Assembly (NCBI GenBank): GCA_051362555.1
Contig: CM120649.1
Location: forward strand, 2,852,001 to 2,916,000
DNA length: 64,000 nt
Source of the DNA: Lingula anatina
Lineage: Eukaryota; Animalia; Brachiopoda
Direction: 5' to 3'
The position numbers and the translations under genes were made by a program. The notes below the pieces were generated by a model. The model was given only the letters and a program-made list of their open reading frames with translations. It was not told where the DNA came from and searched no databases. Shown in pieces: positions 1 through 13,670 of the stretch (within the stretch, counting starts at the first letter, position 1; the number at the start of each line of letters is the position of its first letter).

Positions 1-2043
1 TTAGAACATAAACAACTATTCCATCGGAGAGAGTTATTATCTTAAAACATAATAAAACATAAGGTAATTATGGGAGAAGACTTTGGGATTTAAGAAATCA
101 AAATTACTTTCATAAATTTCCCCGAGGAATCTGAAAAAATTCTTTCAGACATGATCCGCCCACCGCCATATTGATCTGGAGTATACAGGATACCACATGT
201 ACAAGGCTCTCTGACCTCCCAATTACCTGAAAAAGTCTCCATTACCAGAAAACGTCTGCTATTTTTAAAATCTTTCTCAAGGTAATCCAGGTAATCTCAG
301 TGATCAAATCAGATTTTTTTTTTTTGGCAAGTCAAGCTAATCATTTTTCCCAGGTGACTTAACCTCAGCCATTTTGTTTTCATGAAACTTTCTTTTCAAA
401 GATGACTTTGGCAAAAAAGAAAGAAGTAAGTTTTCAATTTTTCTGAGTTAAAAAAATAATAAATAATAATAATTTTTTACTTAAATTGTTTTCAAATGGT
501 ACCTTGCAAATGATTTTCAAAAGTGCACAGGATTTAAGTCTGCCAGTCAAGGACAATTCTGTATAATTTCGGCACGGCTGATACTGAGACACTTCATCAT
601 ATATACTAGCAAACTTAAATATAACAGCTGGGAACCTGCCCACTACATTTTAAAAAACCATAAAGTTTTCCTAACTGCCTTAGACCCACACAGTAATCAT
701 TTTACCACTGCTTTGGATAAATTATGGCAGATTATTTGATAAATTGGTAAACAGGGTTCAAAACTGTAATTTATCCCAAACCATGGTAAAACAGTAAGTA
801 AATTGGTGGTAGATTTCTTTTTTCATCTAAAAAAAACTTTTGAATAATTTTTTTAGTGTGAGAAAAGAATATCTTACACTCTTACATAAATTTTTTTTTT
901 CTTTGGTAAATGGTTGACAAAATATTTTGCTAGTCTGCGAATCACATGTTCAACCTTGATAAATTAAGGTCAGTTGAAGTCTTTAAGCCTATTTATTTTT
1001 GTGGTATAAAATGTTCCTTTCACTTGCTCCAATAAGGGAATTTGGAAAATGAGAGAGAGAGAGAGAGAGAAATATCACTAAATGTTCTACCAATGTCCAT
1101 ATTCAACAAATTCTCACCAAGAAAGACAATTGAACAACCTTTAATCCAAAAGCTACAGCACAAGCCTAAAGATGAGTGCTTTTTTTCTTAAATTTTCTTA
1201 TGCAAGTTACTGTATGTGTGCAAGTAAAACAGCTTCCAATAAATATTGTTCTCGAAGGCTACAAGTGAGTTTTGATGGTATTCTGGATCTTTGCCAATTT
1301 CAATAATCCAGTTTCCACATGGCATTATGCACATCTCTGATAAACAAACTGAGGTACAGTATTTGTGTTTCTACTGCTTTAATTTCTTTGAAAAAAAAAG
1401 GTCAATGTAAATATTTGTCTCTGGCATATTTACATATTTTTCCCCCTTTATGTTACCAACATAATGGTTCACAAAGTCAAAAGAAAAGTGGACTATTCCA
1501 GACACACGGTTTTCTGAAAACACTTTTTTCATATTCAATGTTATTATAACTGCTATAAACTGCATGTCCCCCCTTTAAAACCCTAATATCAAGGATCAAA
1601 GAGCACAGTAAATGATCATCTCATTTTATTTACCTTTTAAAAATGCTAATACGAAGTGGTTCATGGCAAAAGGAAGACATTATTGTGTTGGTGTCTCAGC
1701 TACCACATTTCACATAAAATTCAGATATATTCTGAATGAACATTGTTCTAGAAAAGGCACCAGAAAGAAACTGCAATCACAATTACAGAAAGACATAACA
1801 AAAAATCAATTAATTACTAGTAACTGACAAAAATGCTGAGAAAAAAGTTAAATACCTAACCTGCACTAGTGTATATATGTATAAAAGTGTTAAAACGTCA
1901 CTGCTGAAAGGAACACCAAAGGACATCTGGTACCACCTGAAAACTTAATAAATACATCTCTCTCTCTCTCTCTCTCTCTCTCTCAGGCTTTTTAAACCAG
2001 AAGAAACGCCAAATAAAAAATATCAGCATAATAATAAACTCAC

Positions 2044-2150
2044 GTCCCTATCTCTTCATCTTCAATTTCATCTGGCTCTGCCTCGTCGTCCTGATCCTTC
2101 TTAACTGCAGTCAGAGGACACAAGGCAAGACCAAGGTCCATTGTCGGCAT
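2044..2150 (-). CDS. Candidate alternative first coding exon C of the same minus-strand gene (35 codons + 2 nt)
   Basis: The ATG is immediately preceded by an in-frame TAG. Reads MPTMDLGLALCPLTAVKKDQDDEAEPDEIEDEEIG; consensus donor AC|GTGAGT, phase 2. Confidence 0.6.
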
Positions 2151-3614
2151 CTAAATCTTTTCACCCAAGAAAAAATAAGTCGAAGGAGGTTGTTGAAAAT
2201 AGGTGAAGTGAGACAAGGTTTGGCAGCTCAGTGCTAAAAAAATCTAAGTCCCCCAGAGACGGATTCCTTCAGGCCCCGAAAAGATACGCTTAACGCCGGT
2301 GATCTCTCCCATGAACATCTAATATGTACTTCCAATCACATTTCAGAATTTTTGATATCGTCATTACAGGTGAAAACCTCATGTCTTCCTTGCAAATAAG
2401 CCACTACTGAGGCATATATATTATTCTTCTCTTTTGTACGACCTGCGTTTGATTTTTCAGGATAATCACATGATACTTCCTAAATTTTTTTTTTCATCAT
2501 CAGCTTTTTGTGTTTTTCAAAAAAAAAAAAAAAAAAAAAAAATCCAAAATATCACAGAAATTTAGTTTACACACCTGGAATGCACAATCAATAATGCAAT
2601 GCCCACCAATCATTAGGAATTCCTCGGTGTGACATTAGTTCCATCCATAACCCCCAGGGGGAGCTGATTATCTAGTCCATGATGAGATCAAGCAGGATCC
2701 TGTCTCGCATTTCCACTTTCAATTCCTAACTTAATAGCTTGGCTATTGAAACAGACATGTAATTTTCCAAGTATTTTGTTCCAAATCAAGTTTTTTTTAA
2801 TAATTATTTACTCTGTACCCGATCAGGACAAGGCAGAGATGATAACTGGTAATACGAAACCCTACATATATCTTTGCTCGGGGTCAATGGCCTCCATGGA
2901 GACAAAATTTCTGAAGGATTGAGCAGATCCAAAAAGATAACAAATAAAATAGTAAAGCAGGCTCATCTCACTTTATCAGGATTTCCACCATACGGCTAGA
3001 AACCCAACCTTCAGCTTCAAATCAACAAAAATCTTACTTTATCACGATTTAAGATTTCAGACTAGAAACCCCACTTTAAGCTTTACCTTAACATTTAATG
3101 ATTTGTGATGTTTTAATATTTGATACTACAAAGATAAAACCTCAGGTCATTAATGTAACAATTGTGTTTGACACAATATTGGGAGTCAACAATCCTCCCC
3201 TCCAATCTTTGGGGCTGGACATAAAGACCCGTAATTGTGTTAGAGTCGACTGGTCTCATCCTGGCGCAATGTACTCTTAACACATTCTGTTTGCACTGAA
3301 ATGAGGTGGGTGTCTAACTGGGGCATTTTTAACACTGCCCTTTTGGCTCTACCTATACATGCACCTGGCATAAAAAAAAATGCGGCAGCCTACCCTAAAA
3401 ACAACCTACTGCCTCTCTTGCCCAAGACAATGAATAACCTTTGCTATGCAAGAAAAAAAGATACAACAGAAAATACTAGTGCTTAGAATGCCATTTTAAC
3501 CATTAACCAGGCTTGGGGTAAGGAAGTCACTGCAACAGAGTGAACTTTTATGCCTGTTAATTTTTTTGCTCATTTCAAAACTTATTTACTAGCAAGCCTG
3601 ATTGCACCTTCCTA

Positions 3615-4048
3615 ACTAAACTAATTTTGCTATGAATAAATCTGTTAATCTTTGGCATTTTTTTCCGTCTAAGCTAATTCTGTTGTAAACAGGTCTGTAA
3701 ATCTTTGGCACAATTTTTCTGTCTAAGCTTATTTTGCTGTGAATACATCTCTTTAACTAAGGCTCTATTCCCATAGATTTTAGATCGATCTATCCCCGCG
3801 GGGAGTCTCACTAGATTACTTTCAGATAATCCGACTTAAATGTCCGTCCCGCCTACTACAAGCTGGAAGGGGGTAATTAACTTTCGTGTCCGCCCGGCTG
3901 ACAGCTATTTAGCGTGAACCCCCAGGGAGTTAGGTCGATCTAAAGTAGGTCGATCTAATCTATGGAAATGGGGTGTGAGGCACATTTTCCCGTCTAAGTT
4001 TATTCTGTTGTGAACACATCTATAAATCTTTGGCACATTTTCCCTATC
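3615..4048. repeat. Degenerate ~50-bp minisatellite interrupted by two MITEs
   Basis: Recurrent unit ctgtaaatctttggcaca-ttttccgtctaagcttattctgttgtgaa on both sides of the 3761-3975 MITE, and resuming after 4389. Confidence 0.6.
3761..3975 (+). mobile_element. MITE family A (PIF/Harbinger-like), young copy
   Basis: Imperfect TIRs ggctctattcccatagat / atctatggaaatggggtg with TAA/TGA flanks. A near-identical inverted copy is at 8060-8274. Confidence 0.85.
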
Positions 4049-4052
4049 TTAA

Positions 4053-4389
4053 AGGGATAATAACTCTTCGTATGAGATCTATATTTCACAATAAAAACCT
4101 TGTGAATAACTCATAGAAATATAATATATTCTGTTTTACCACAAAAACAGCAGATATAGCTATTATTCTGATATCTGAGCTTGTCTTCAGATCACGTGAC
4201 CTCCATTGATGGCTATACTCTGTTAAAATCTCTTAAGAGATTTTAACAAAAAACCAAACTTTTTAGAAAAAAACCAGGGACCAACTTTGAATGTAAAAAT
4301 GGATTCATAAACCATTGGAAAGTATGGGAAAATTGTTGTTTACTCCAGGAAAATTCATTTTTTGGCCGAAACGAAGAGTTATTATTGCT
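4053..4389. mobile_element. MITE with TTAA target duplication (Kolobok-like)
   Basis: ttaa|agggataataactcttcgt ... acgaagagttattattgct|ttaa. A 5'-half copy is at about 47298-47460. Confidence 0.75.
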
Positions 4390-5800
4390 TTAACTAATTC
4401 TACTGTGATCCCATCTGACACAGAATCCTATATTTCATTTGTTGTGAGTATATCCAGCAATCTGATTATATAAGGCCTTGCGGCTCATTCCTAATACACT
4501 TTTGTTCTAAGAACAACGAACCTACTCTGCAGGACCTCTCGTTGAATGCAATAGATGAAGAGATCTATATGATTCCTCCTGGCAAGGAGTAGAAAACAGG
4601 GGGATTACATGAGTACAATGAAAACAAGAGGAGGCACATATATCTGTCAATCTGAATACATTCAGCAGGAATCCCCACAGAGTTGGATCAGTCTATCGTG
4701 ATTGAAAGTTTTACTGGGAATAAGCCCTTAGTAAGTGCTGCTGTGAACATATCTAGTAAATCTGAACACAAAACACACACACACCTGTCTAAGTTTATGC
4801 CACTGTGAACAGATCTGATTCTATCAAATCTTACCACACATTCATTTGCTTATTACACACTCCTATTTCCACAGAATCGTGATCAACAAATTGACTGTGA
4901 TCATTCTATATGGCTGTATCAAAAAATAAGTTCATCATCATCATCATCGTTTCCAAGGAATCCTGATCAACAGGCATCACTTGCATCAAGCTGTATCAGA
5001 AAATAACACAGTTCTGATATAACACAGCTAGTTATGACTCTGATCACATAGAAACACCCTTGCCTACACAATCATCTTTCCACAGAATCGTGATCACCAA
5101 GCACTTCTTACGTCCAACACGAGAAGAAAATAAACAGTTTCTTGTATCACCCAGTCATGCATGATGCTGTAAGAGAAGCACCTGCACTATATCAGTATTC
5201 TATTTAATTTCTCTCCAAAGCATAATACCAATCAAACAGAGTGTATTATTGTAAACACATGTACTGCTCACAAATAATAATTGCCCTGGCATAACTGGTC
5301 ATACAGGCACTGCAGTGTATATATTTTACTGTAATATCCAATGCAATCTATTTGTACTCTCATCCTTATATATATTATCAATGGCCGTTTCACAATTTTC
5401 TTTGGTGACCCCTGATTATGTCCAATCAGTATAACATATTTATTAACTTACCAAATAATTCTACTAGTATTTACAAACACTGAATATATACATATGATAT
5501 ATTTTATATAGAAAATCAGGTCCAATATCACCACATCACCGTCACCACCCCACCGTCACCATCCCACTGTAAGCAAACCACCGTCACCACTTCACCATCA
5601 CCACCTGCAGGTGTGATATGTTTGATGATCTGACATAACCTGTACAAGCACAGGAAGGCTGGCTGGCTGTAGTGTCCTGGGGGCAGTGCTGGCAGGTTAT
5701 ATAATCTTTTCAAGTGAACAGAGAAACAAATACACAGGTGTTGTGTGCACATGCAGAATTGTTATCTGTCACTATCTCTCTCCTTTTTCTGCCTGCCTGC

Positions 5801-5848
<48 letters not shown>

Positions 5849-7899
5849 AACACCACCACTCCTATCCTCTCTCTCTCTCTCTCTCTCAAGAATAATTTCT
5901 CAGTTTTCATTAAAGACGCTTGCGTGTTGACCGTCATTCACTTTATCAATTCATGAATTCACCTACCACTCAAACAATTTCATAAAAAAAACATGAAAAT
6001 TGAAAATTTCCTAAAGCTTTTAGCGCAGTTTACAAAAAAACAAAAACACCTGTGACAAGTTTCTTCCCACTCTGGCAGTAACCTGTGCCTGTCAAGACAA
6101 GGGAACAAGGCCTTCCCACATCAAATATCTCCACTTAAAATTGGCTTTCAGACAAATGAGAACCCATGAGTCTGGTGAAAAAACAACACTTTAATGCTAA
6201 TAAATTCCATTAAGATAACAACAAACAAAAATCGGTTTCTTTTTTTTTTTTTTTTTTTTTTTTTAGGAGGAGGGAGGAGGGGGGTTAAAAACTGAGTGAC
6301 ATAGAGAGGGTTAAGGTGGAAATCTTCACCACCAACCAAATGTTCACAAAATATTACATATCCCGTCTCCAATCTAATTATACTGAATCTCTGATGATGT
6401 AAACATGAGGCCCAAATTCCTATACAAAAACACTTTCCCATTACTTAACAGAAAAACAAATTGTTTATCCTTGGCTTTAAATTCAATCACGCAATAAAAG
6501 GCTTGGATTCAGTTTTCTCAGCTACCAATTGTTCACCAGATAGCCGAGTTCTTGTATCCAATACCAAGTGTTTATGTTAAATCCTAATGAAAGCCAATGA
6601 ATAAAGAAAACACTTTAACACTCCCCAGGCGCGCATGGTGTTACTCAAAGATGTTTCGTTTTACACACCATGTGCGGTGGTTAAAAAAAGAAGGAATGGA
6701 CAGAAAAAAGGTGGAATGGGTATGGATGTGTTATCCATGGCATGAAATCTTACGTCAAAATCAGGGTCATAAAATCCTCTCGTTACATAAGAGGGGAAAA
6801 ACAACAACGGCAAGCAGGGCGCTTTATGGAGTTGTCATGAGGTTATTCTAACAATTAGGTGAAATCAAAACTAACTCAATTTTCTAGTCAATGAACAAAA
6901 TTGATTTTTTGGAGGTGGAAAGAGGCAATAATATGTAGAAAAGAAAGTGGACCTTTACAAAAAAATGTCCAAGTGCAAGCACCCCCAAATGCAAAAGCAT
7001 GCAGATGAATGGTGATTTGTAGGAAATAAACAAAACACTCAAATAATTATCCAAAAGTTGAATGGTACACTTTAAATACATAAAAATGGTAATTTTTAGA
7101 ATGACATATTGGACATCAAAACATTTCTAAAATACAATCTCAATAACTGCATTAGAATTAATTTTTTTTTGGATGCAAAAATCACAAAATAAATGCCCTT
7201 GAAGATCTCGATGTTTTCAGTTTTGACAACAAATACAGAGACATCTAATCAATGGTAAAGCCAACTTCAATATTGCAGATCTGAGCATTCTGTCATTTCT
7301 ATTCACCATGTCCATGCTTGGTTTTTACTTGGGGCTTCTCGTCTTTGATTTTTCTAGGACTGAATACAAAATTAAGTCTCTCTCTCTCTCATCCTCTTCA
7401 CAAGGCCTATATCAGCTGCTTTCACAGACTTAGGCAAATAATAAATTAAACAGGTGAGTTTCGAAACCAATACAAAGGAGCCTAACCACAATAATGAATA
7501 TGCAAACAACACTGTCAGCCTCTTCACAGTGAAAAACTATCCATGAATCTTGGTTAACAAAAAACGTGGAAAAAGCCACATGTCCTGTAGGAATAAAGGG
7601 GAATACCACAAATGGCATGAAAGTTAATTTCTTATTACCGAGTTAACAGGGATAAGACTGCCATTTTGCAGAAAAGTCAGGAAATATGGCGTGGGGTCCA
7701 GGGGGCTGCTTAGGCCAATGAAATTTTTGGCTCCTGAGAAGTCAGAAATCCGTGTACCGATAGTCAGAAAAATTCTTAAGCAGGAGTGAGCTAAGAAGTG
7801 AGCCTCTTACTGTATAAATATTGGGGCTGAATCTCATCATCTGCTCATTTCACGGCCTCTCACACGTAATCTAAAAACTGAATTATTTTGTGTATATGA

Positions 7900-8299
7900 G
7901 CGCATTCACAGCAGTGGACTAACTAGTCCGCAGATCAAATATGGCTGACCCACTTGAATGCTTATTGCCTTATCCCTCAGGATATCTATTCATTGCCTAA
8001 TCCTGAATTAAGTGGCAAGCTTTTTAGTGGGTCGCCATATTTGATCCACAGATCTCTAACACCCCATTTCCATAGATTAGATCGACCTACTTTAGATCGA
8101 CCTAACTCCCTGGGGGTTCACGCTAAATAGCTGTCAGCCGGGCGGACACGAAAGTTAATTAAACCCTTACAGCTTGTAGTAGGCGGGACAGACATTTAAG
8201 TCGGATTATCTGAAAGTAATCTAGTGAGACTCCCCGCGGGGATAGATCGATCTAAAATCTATGGGAATAGAGCCTTAGTCTGCTGTTCTGAATGTGCCC
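7900..8299. mobile_element. MITE family B (GGCCCCATTCAGAA-type TIR, Harbinger-like), host of the nested family A copy
   Basis: gcattcacagcagtggactaactagtcc...tagtctgctgttctgaatgtgccc, homologous to 23057-23231. Confidence 0.75.
8060..8274 (-). mobile_element. MITE family A copy nested inside a family B MITE
   Basis: Reverse complement of 3761-3975 with only a few substitutions; TAA/TTA flanks. Confidence 0.85.
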
Positions 8300-10012
8300 T
8301 TAATTATTCTTCAATCTTTCAGAAGTCTCTTTCCTTGAATTTCTCTTGTTAAATCTGGGTTAAGAATAGGGGGTTATGTAATACAGAAAATCTTTTTGCC
8401 TGACACGAAAAACATCAAATGTATTTTTACTCTTTGCCGTACGTGTCTGTTTTCTCCACACAATTGAAATGGGAGAATTTCACCAATTATTTTGTTTTCT
8501 TGCTAGAATTAGAGCTCATGTTGTGAAAAAATGTGATTTAATACATCCCCCAAGGAACCATAATTGAAATGATAACCATAGAAATAGATTTAACAGGTTT
8601 CTGGGAAAAAGATTATTGTATAATATGTCACAACATGCCTTATCCTTCGAAAATATTTTCTTGGAAAACAAGATATATTCCAACTGGAATGAATATAATT
8701 TGAAGTGATACAGTAACTATATTATTTCGCAAGTGATACAGTGACTATTTATCATCTTGTTGAAAAAAAACCTTGCAAATTTGAAATCAAAACCTCCACT
8801 TTGAAGTTCTATACAAAATTGTCTGTTCAGAGTATTATAGGAGTTTCAAAACCAGTTCGAACTGGAAATAAAAAGAGAACTGTAAGTGCACGGGGATTCC
8901 CCAGGATTTCGGGAGTACAGGGAGTCCAAAATGTGAATCTGTTATTTGGTCATCATGACAATTCCCAGGGAGTTCAACCCAGGAAAGCCAAACCAAACAA
9001 CCGTCATTTCCCCCAAAATTTGCAAGCCGTCCAGGTGTTGTTTAGAAATGTAGGCCATCTTCCTATGAGTCCAAGGGCTGTCCAAATGATGGCTCCTTGC
9101 GGAAAGCCTTGGCTAGCATATATAGGAGGGAATGCTGTATAATTAAATAAAAATAAAAAGATCTAGGATATCCTAGGATAATTTTTGTTTTCTCAATCTT
9201 CTTTATTCTATCATTGTTATATCCTATTATATGAAGCAGTGGCATCTTCCTCCTAATTTTCCAATTCTTGATAAACTGGGTCTGTTATTTCACCATTCCA
9301 CTTTGCCGTTTATTTCATCCTAACTTCAGATCAATAAAATATACCTCCCAAGATAAAGAAACTTGGTAAGGTACTTAGTGAAACACGAGGGAAGTTTTGC
9401 AGATTTTCCATTCATTTACAAATAGGGGTCGCAGGGGATCTCTTCTTGCTTGCCTGAGTCTCACTTCGAAGATTATCCAATAAATAAACAATGCTCACAA
9501 GAGAGAAAATTGCATCGGGAAAAATGAGGTGTCATAAAACCCGGAAGATTGGATGTCTGATCAATAGATTACAGCAGAATTAAAATATATCACCAATAAA
9601 AGTGACTTCCATCCTTGTTAAAGTTTTTTTTTTTTTTTAGTCTTGAATCATCCTGCTTTATATATACATATATTTACCTGTCAATCTGCTCACTTTTGCC
9701 AGTAAATGCTTGTTAGTGAGTTAAAAAATTTAACATTTAAAGGACAAGATTTTGGCTCAAAGATGCCTCCCGTAATGTGCTCTCCATTATGCATGATCCA
9801 ACACCATGACAATATGTCATATTTTGTTAGTCAGCACGAAAATATCTAAATTGCAGACTATATTGGCAAGGTTTTTAATTAAGTTGCAAGATGTTACTCT
9901 CTCCAAGGACAAAGCAGACAGCTGACGCTGACAAATGTACAGACAGGCACCTGCATACTGATTTATAACATCACAATAGTAGTGTGTTAGAGTATTAAAA
10001 AAAAACCATAAG

Positions 10013-10185
10013 CTGGTGTAGCGCCAGCAATTTTTTTCGCTTAGCCAAATCACCACTTTTTTGTCAATTTATTATGCAAATGGTTATAATTTGACTAAAG
10101 CAAGTCAAATCAAACCCTTTTTGTTTAGCCAATTTATGTCATTTTTAGCATTTGGCTTAATTGGCGAGTGTTAGCGCTACCCCAG
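10013..10185 (+). mobile_element. MITE family G (TIR ctggggtagcgc)
   Basis: TIRs with ataag flanking both sides; a homologous copy is at 50704-50876. Confidence 0.75.
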
Positions 10186-11288
10186 ATAAGATTCTATCAC
10201 TGAACAAGGATGCAATAATAGTTTTAAAGAATCACATACAAATTAAGTATAACACATGTTTCTATCAAGCCAATTTTCAACTTTCAATCTAGCCAATGTT
10301 CATCATTTTCCATTACTAGCAAAAGCATGGCTCTTCTGCGAAATCATTTCTTTATCATCTATCTATCTATCTATCTGTCTATCTATCTCTCAAAAAAATG
10401 ACTGATCAGTTTTGTTCAAATTTATTGAGAAGTTATAGTAAAACAATGTTTATCAAAAAATAAACAATTAAGAGAAACAATATAAACAGTATAGAGCATA
10501 ATTATCAATTCAAAGGATATCTTGTCCCTTTATCTGTCTCTTGTTACCACATAAAAACATCACCCAGTTGCATCAATATCATTATGTTGATATAAACAAT
10601 GACAACAATTACAAAATAAAGATATCAGTGGTACCAACCACCTACGAGCCATGGTATTATGCCTGACAATGAATAAAACAAGCTCAGTTCCCGTTGGTAT
10701 TAATGGGTTCGCAGCCTACAGCTGACAAGCAATTAATTCTGGGAAAACCACTCTAACTGTCCGACATAATATCTCTAATTGCTCAGTTTAGCCCTGGGCT
10801 ATCTCCTGGAAGAACCATTTCAGTGATCTGCCAAAACACCAGCCTCCAGGGAAAATGGCGGAGTATAATATTAGATGGTGTAAGTTCCTGGCAGCTGCCA
10901 TAAACATGTACTATTGAATATGTTTATACGTGGTAAGTATGTGTTCGGTTCGAACGAAAATTGATTGATATGTTTCATAAAAGAGATTTTTAAAAAATTT
11001 CATTTAGGTTGTGTTTGAATATTGTAATATTTTAAGTCTACAGCAGGTGGGTTTGAAAAATTGGGATTAACCAAAAACAAGAAAATCTGACACGTTAAAG
11101 GTAATTACTTTTTAATTACAAACAAAAGAGCAAGACATTTAGAACTTAGCAAGACATTTTCTGTTTTTTCAAATATTTATAATTCAAAGTGCAGAAGAAA
11201 AGGTGGGTGAAATCTTTTTGTAAATACTCTATATCATAAACTATATGTTTCTGGATGCTTTAACTGGTTTTGTGTGTGTGTGCATGTG

Positions 11289-11424
11289 AAGAGAGAGAGA
11301 GAGAGAGAAGGGAGAGACAGAGAGAGGAGAGGGAGAGAAGAAGAGAGAGGGGGAGGGGGAAGGAGAGAGAGAGAGAAGGAGAAAGAGAGGAAGAGAAAGG
11401 AGAAACAGACAGGGGGAGGGGAAG

Positions 11425-11457
<33 letters not shown>

Positions 11458-11588
11458 GAGAGGGACAGAGAGAGAGAAAGAGGAGGGAGGGAGGAAAGAA
11501 GAGAGAGAGAGAGAGAGAGAGAGGGTGAGGGAGAGAAGAAGAGAGAGAAAGAGAGACAGAGAGAGAGAGAGGGGGAAAGAGAGAGAGA
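11289..11588. repeat. GA-rich polypurine low-complexity tract
   Basis: About 300 nt of almost pure A/G; the source of spurious ER/LS ORFs. Confidence 0.9.
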
Positions 11589-12375
11589 TATGAGCCAAAG
11601 ATAATGACTATGCTTCTGTGTGACAAAACAAGGCGTAGGTGTTTGCCTGCGGCGTGTTGCATGACATCTTTCCATCACATCCATGCAGTCTCAGACATGT
11701 GGTTAGAGAATCAAAGGGCAAGTGGCAGAATAATCAATATATGGATGTCAGCGAAGGACAGGCTTTGTTATTTACTTCTGAGCAAATCACAGCTTTTAAG
11801 ACAGAGATGATGCCAGTGGTGCTTACTACACATAGCTCAATATGACAGGATCATGCACAGCTCTTTTCTGAAATAATCCAACTTTATCAAAGTGATCGTC
11901 CTACTGTTTCATCCATCTTTGCACTAATAAGAATCATTCTGTGTTGGTACACAAAGCTCAGCATAATAGGATCATGCACAAATAATCCAGATTTATCAAA
12001 GCAAGCACCCCACCCCTCATGTAAATCTTTATGGAAATGATAATCATTCTGTGTACGTAACAAAAATACCATGTTGTTCAATCGAAATGACAGATTCGAC
12101 AAAACGCAAATTCTTGTGCAACCATGCATGCGCAACACACACACTCCCATCCAACAATTCCCTAAGCCATCAGAAATCATCACAATATTTCAGAGAAAAC
12201 ACTCCTGCCTGTTCAGCTACAAAACTGCTTCAAGTAATATAAGATTTTCATTTTCTTTTTCGTTGCATCATTTCCACATTAATTAATCGGCTGTGAAAGA
12301 TTTAGAGGGGGAATATTTAGCAGCAGTGTTCATGTCCCTTAATGATCACGACTTCAGACTGCATTTCCCATATAG

Positions 12376-12389
12376 GTTCCCATGGCAAC
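12376..12389. promoter_or_regulatory. RFX X-box-like palindrome
   Basis: GTTCCCATGGCAAC matches the X-box consensus GTYNCYATRGNAAC. Confidence 0.4.
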
Positions 12390-13092
12390 CGAGTATAATT
12401 AAAGAGCTCAGCGACAACAAGATCCTCTTTAAGACGCCAACATTAGCCACTTTCAGTCAGGGAAAAATTAATCAACCAGACCAGTTCCGGTATAAACTGT
12501 TACCTAATAATCATTTTACGGGCAGAACTTTGAGTGAGAAGCTGAATTCTACAGTACTAAAAAGGTGAGACATTTGAAAAATACAGGTCTACAAATAATT
12601 ACTGTAAGCAAACTAAGTATAAATCCTTGGAATTGGGCAAAAACCGTTTTGCCTCGGGAGAAGCAAGACTATGGAAAGAAAAAAAAAGAGGAAAAAAATT
12701 GTAAATATACCTCTGTTAAACTAAATCATCAACAGTGCAAATGCACCATGTTTTGTGGGTCACTTTTGTATTGATCGCTTTCCAAGACAACTTTCCTTGT
12801 CTTTTACAGTTTCACACTAAGCAGTGAAAAGTTAATATCACTGCCACCTCACACCAACCCTTGTATATTTTCTAGTCTTGGATGGTGTCATGCAACTTTG
12901 ACAGTCTCATTCCAGATCAGATTTTCTCCACAGATCCTAATCAATAAAATGAGGCAAATATTTCAGTAACTAGAGAGCAGCGGAAGCAAACACTCTTCTC
13001 TACGACTTAGATCCTACAAGTAATCTATCCACACCCAATGACTGTTTTACTAATACAAATGCAGCAAAATCCATAAATGACAACTACAACAA

Positions 13093-13094
<2 letters not shown>

Positions 13095-13173
<79 letters not shown>
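13095..13173. repeat. (TA)n microsatellite
   Basis: About 39 perfect AT units. Confidence 0.95.
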
Positions 13174-13174
<1 letters not shown>

Positions 13175-13209
13175 TGAGGCCATTAGAAACAAGTTGATCC
13201 ATGGACTAA

Positions 13210-13433
13210 GACTCCGTTCACATGAAAAATCTATTTTCTAAAAATCTATTTTCTATTCGCGGTATCTTGTGATCACTCCGAGCGCAGCCCAGAATTAATT
13301 ACAGCTTTGGAAGTAACTGGCTCGCGCTGCCAGTAATTACGCCGCGGGGTATTCAGGGCACAGACCGTGATCACAAGATACCGCGAATAGAAAATAGATT
13401 TTTAGAAAATAGACTTGTCATGTGAATGGGGCC
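13210..13433. mobile_element. Long-TIR foldback MITE (Harbinger-like, TAA TSD)
   Basis: About 55-bp TIR (tctattttctaaaaatctattttctattcgcggtatcttgtgatcac and its reverse complement), flanked by taa/taa. Confidence 0.8.
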
Positions 13434-13436
13434 TAA

Positions 13437-13670
13437 GACTGGGTTCCCATGCCTAGATCGACCTAACTGGAGCGACCCATCTCCAAGGGGTTTCTCGCTA
13501 AATTGCTTTTAGCTTAAACGGCTTATATGACTGGCACACTGACTGAAGCTGCTAAACGAAAATTAATTACCCTGTAACAACTTTAGTGTGCGACTGAGAC
13601 ACCTAAGCTGTGAGAACCCCCTTGGAGATAGATCGATCCAAAGTACATATGATAGTCTCCGGGAACAAGG
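13437..13670 (+). mobile_element. Family A-related MITE abutting the foldback element
   Basis: Starts gactgggttcccatgcctagatcgacc. An inverted homologue is at about 61535-61790. Confidence 0.65.

Noticed and set aside
8741-9142. 133-aa ORF
   Set aside because: GTG start, no domain or splice support, lies among repeat fragments.
11234-11684. Overlapping LS-/ER-rich ORFs (also 49999-50442, 5686-5956, 45561-46240)
   Set aside because: Translations of GA/CT/TG microsatellites.
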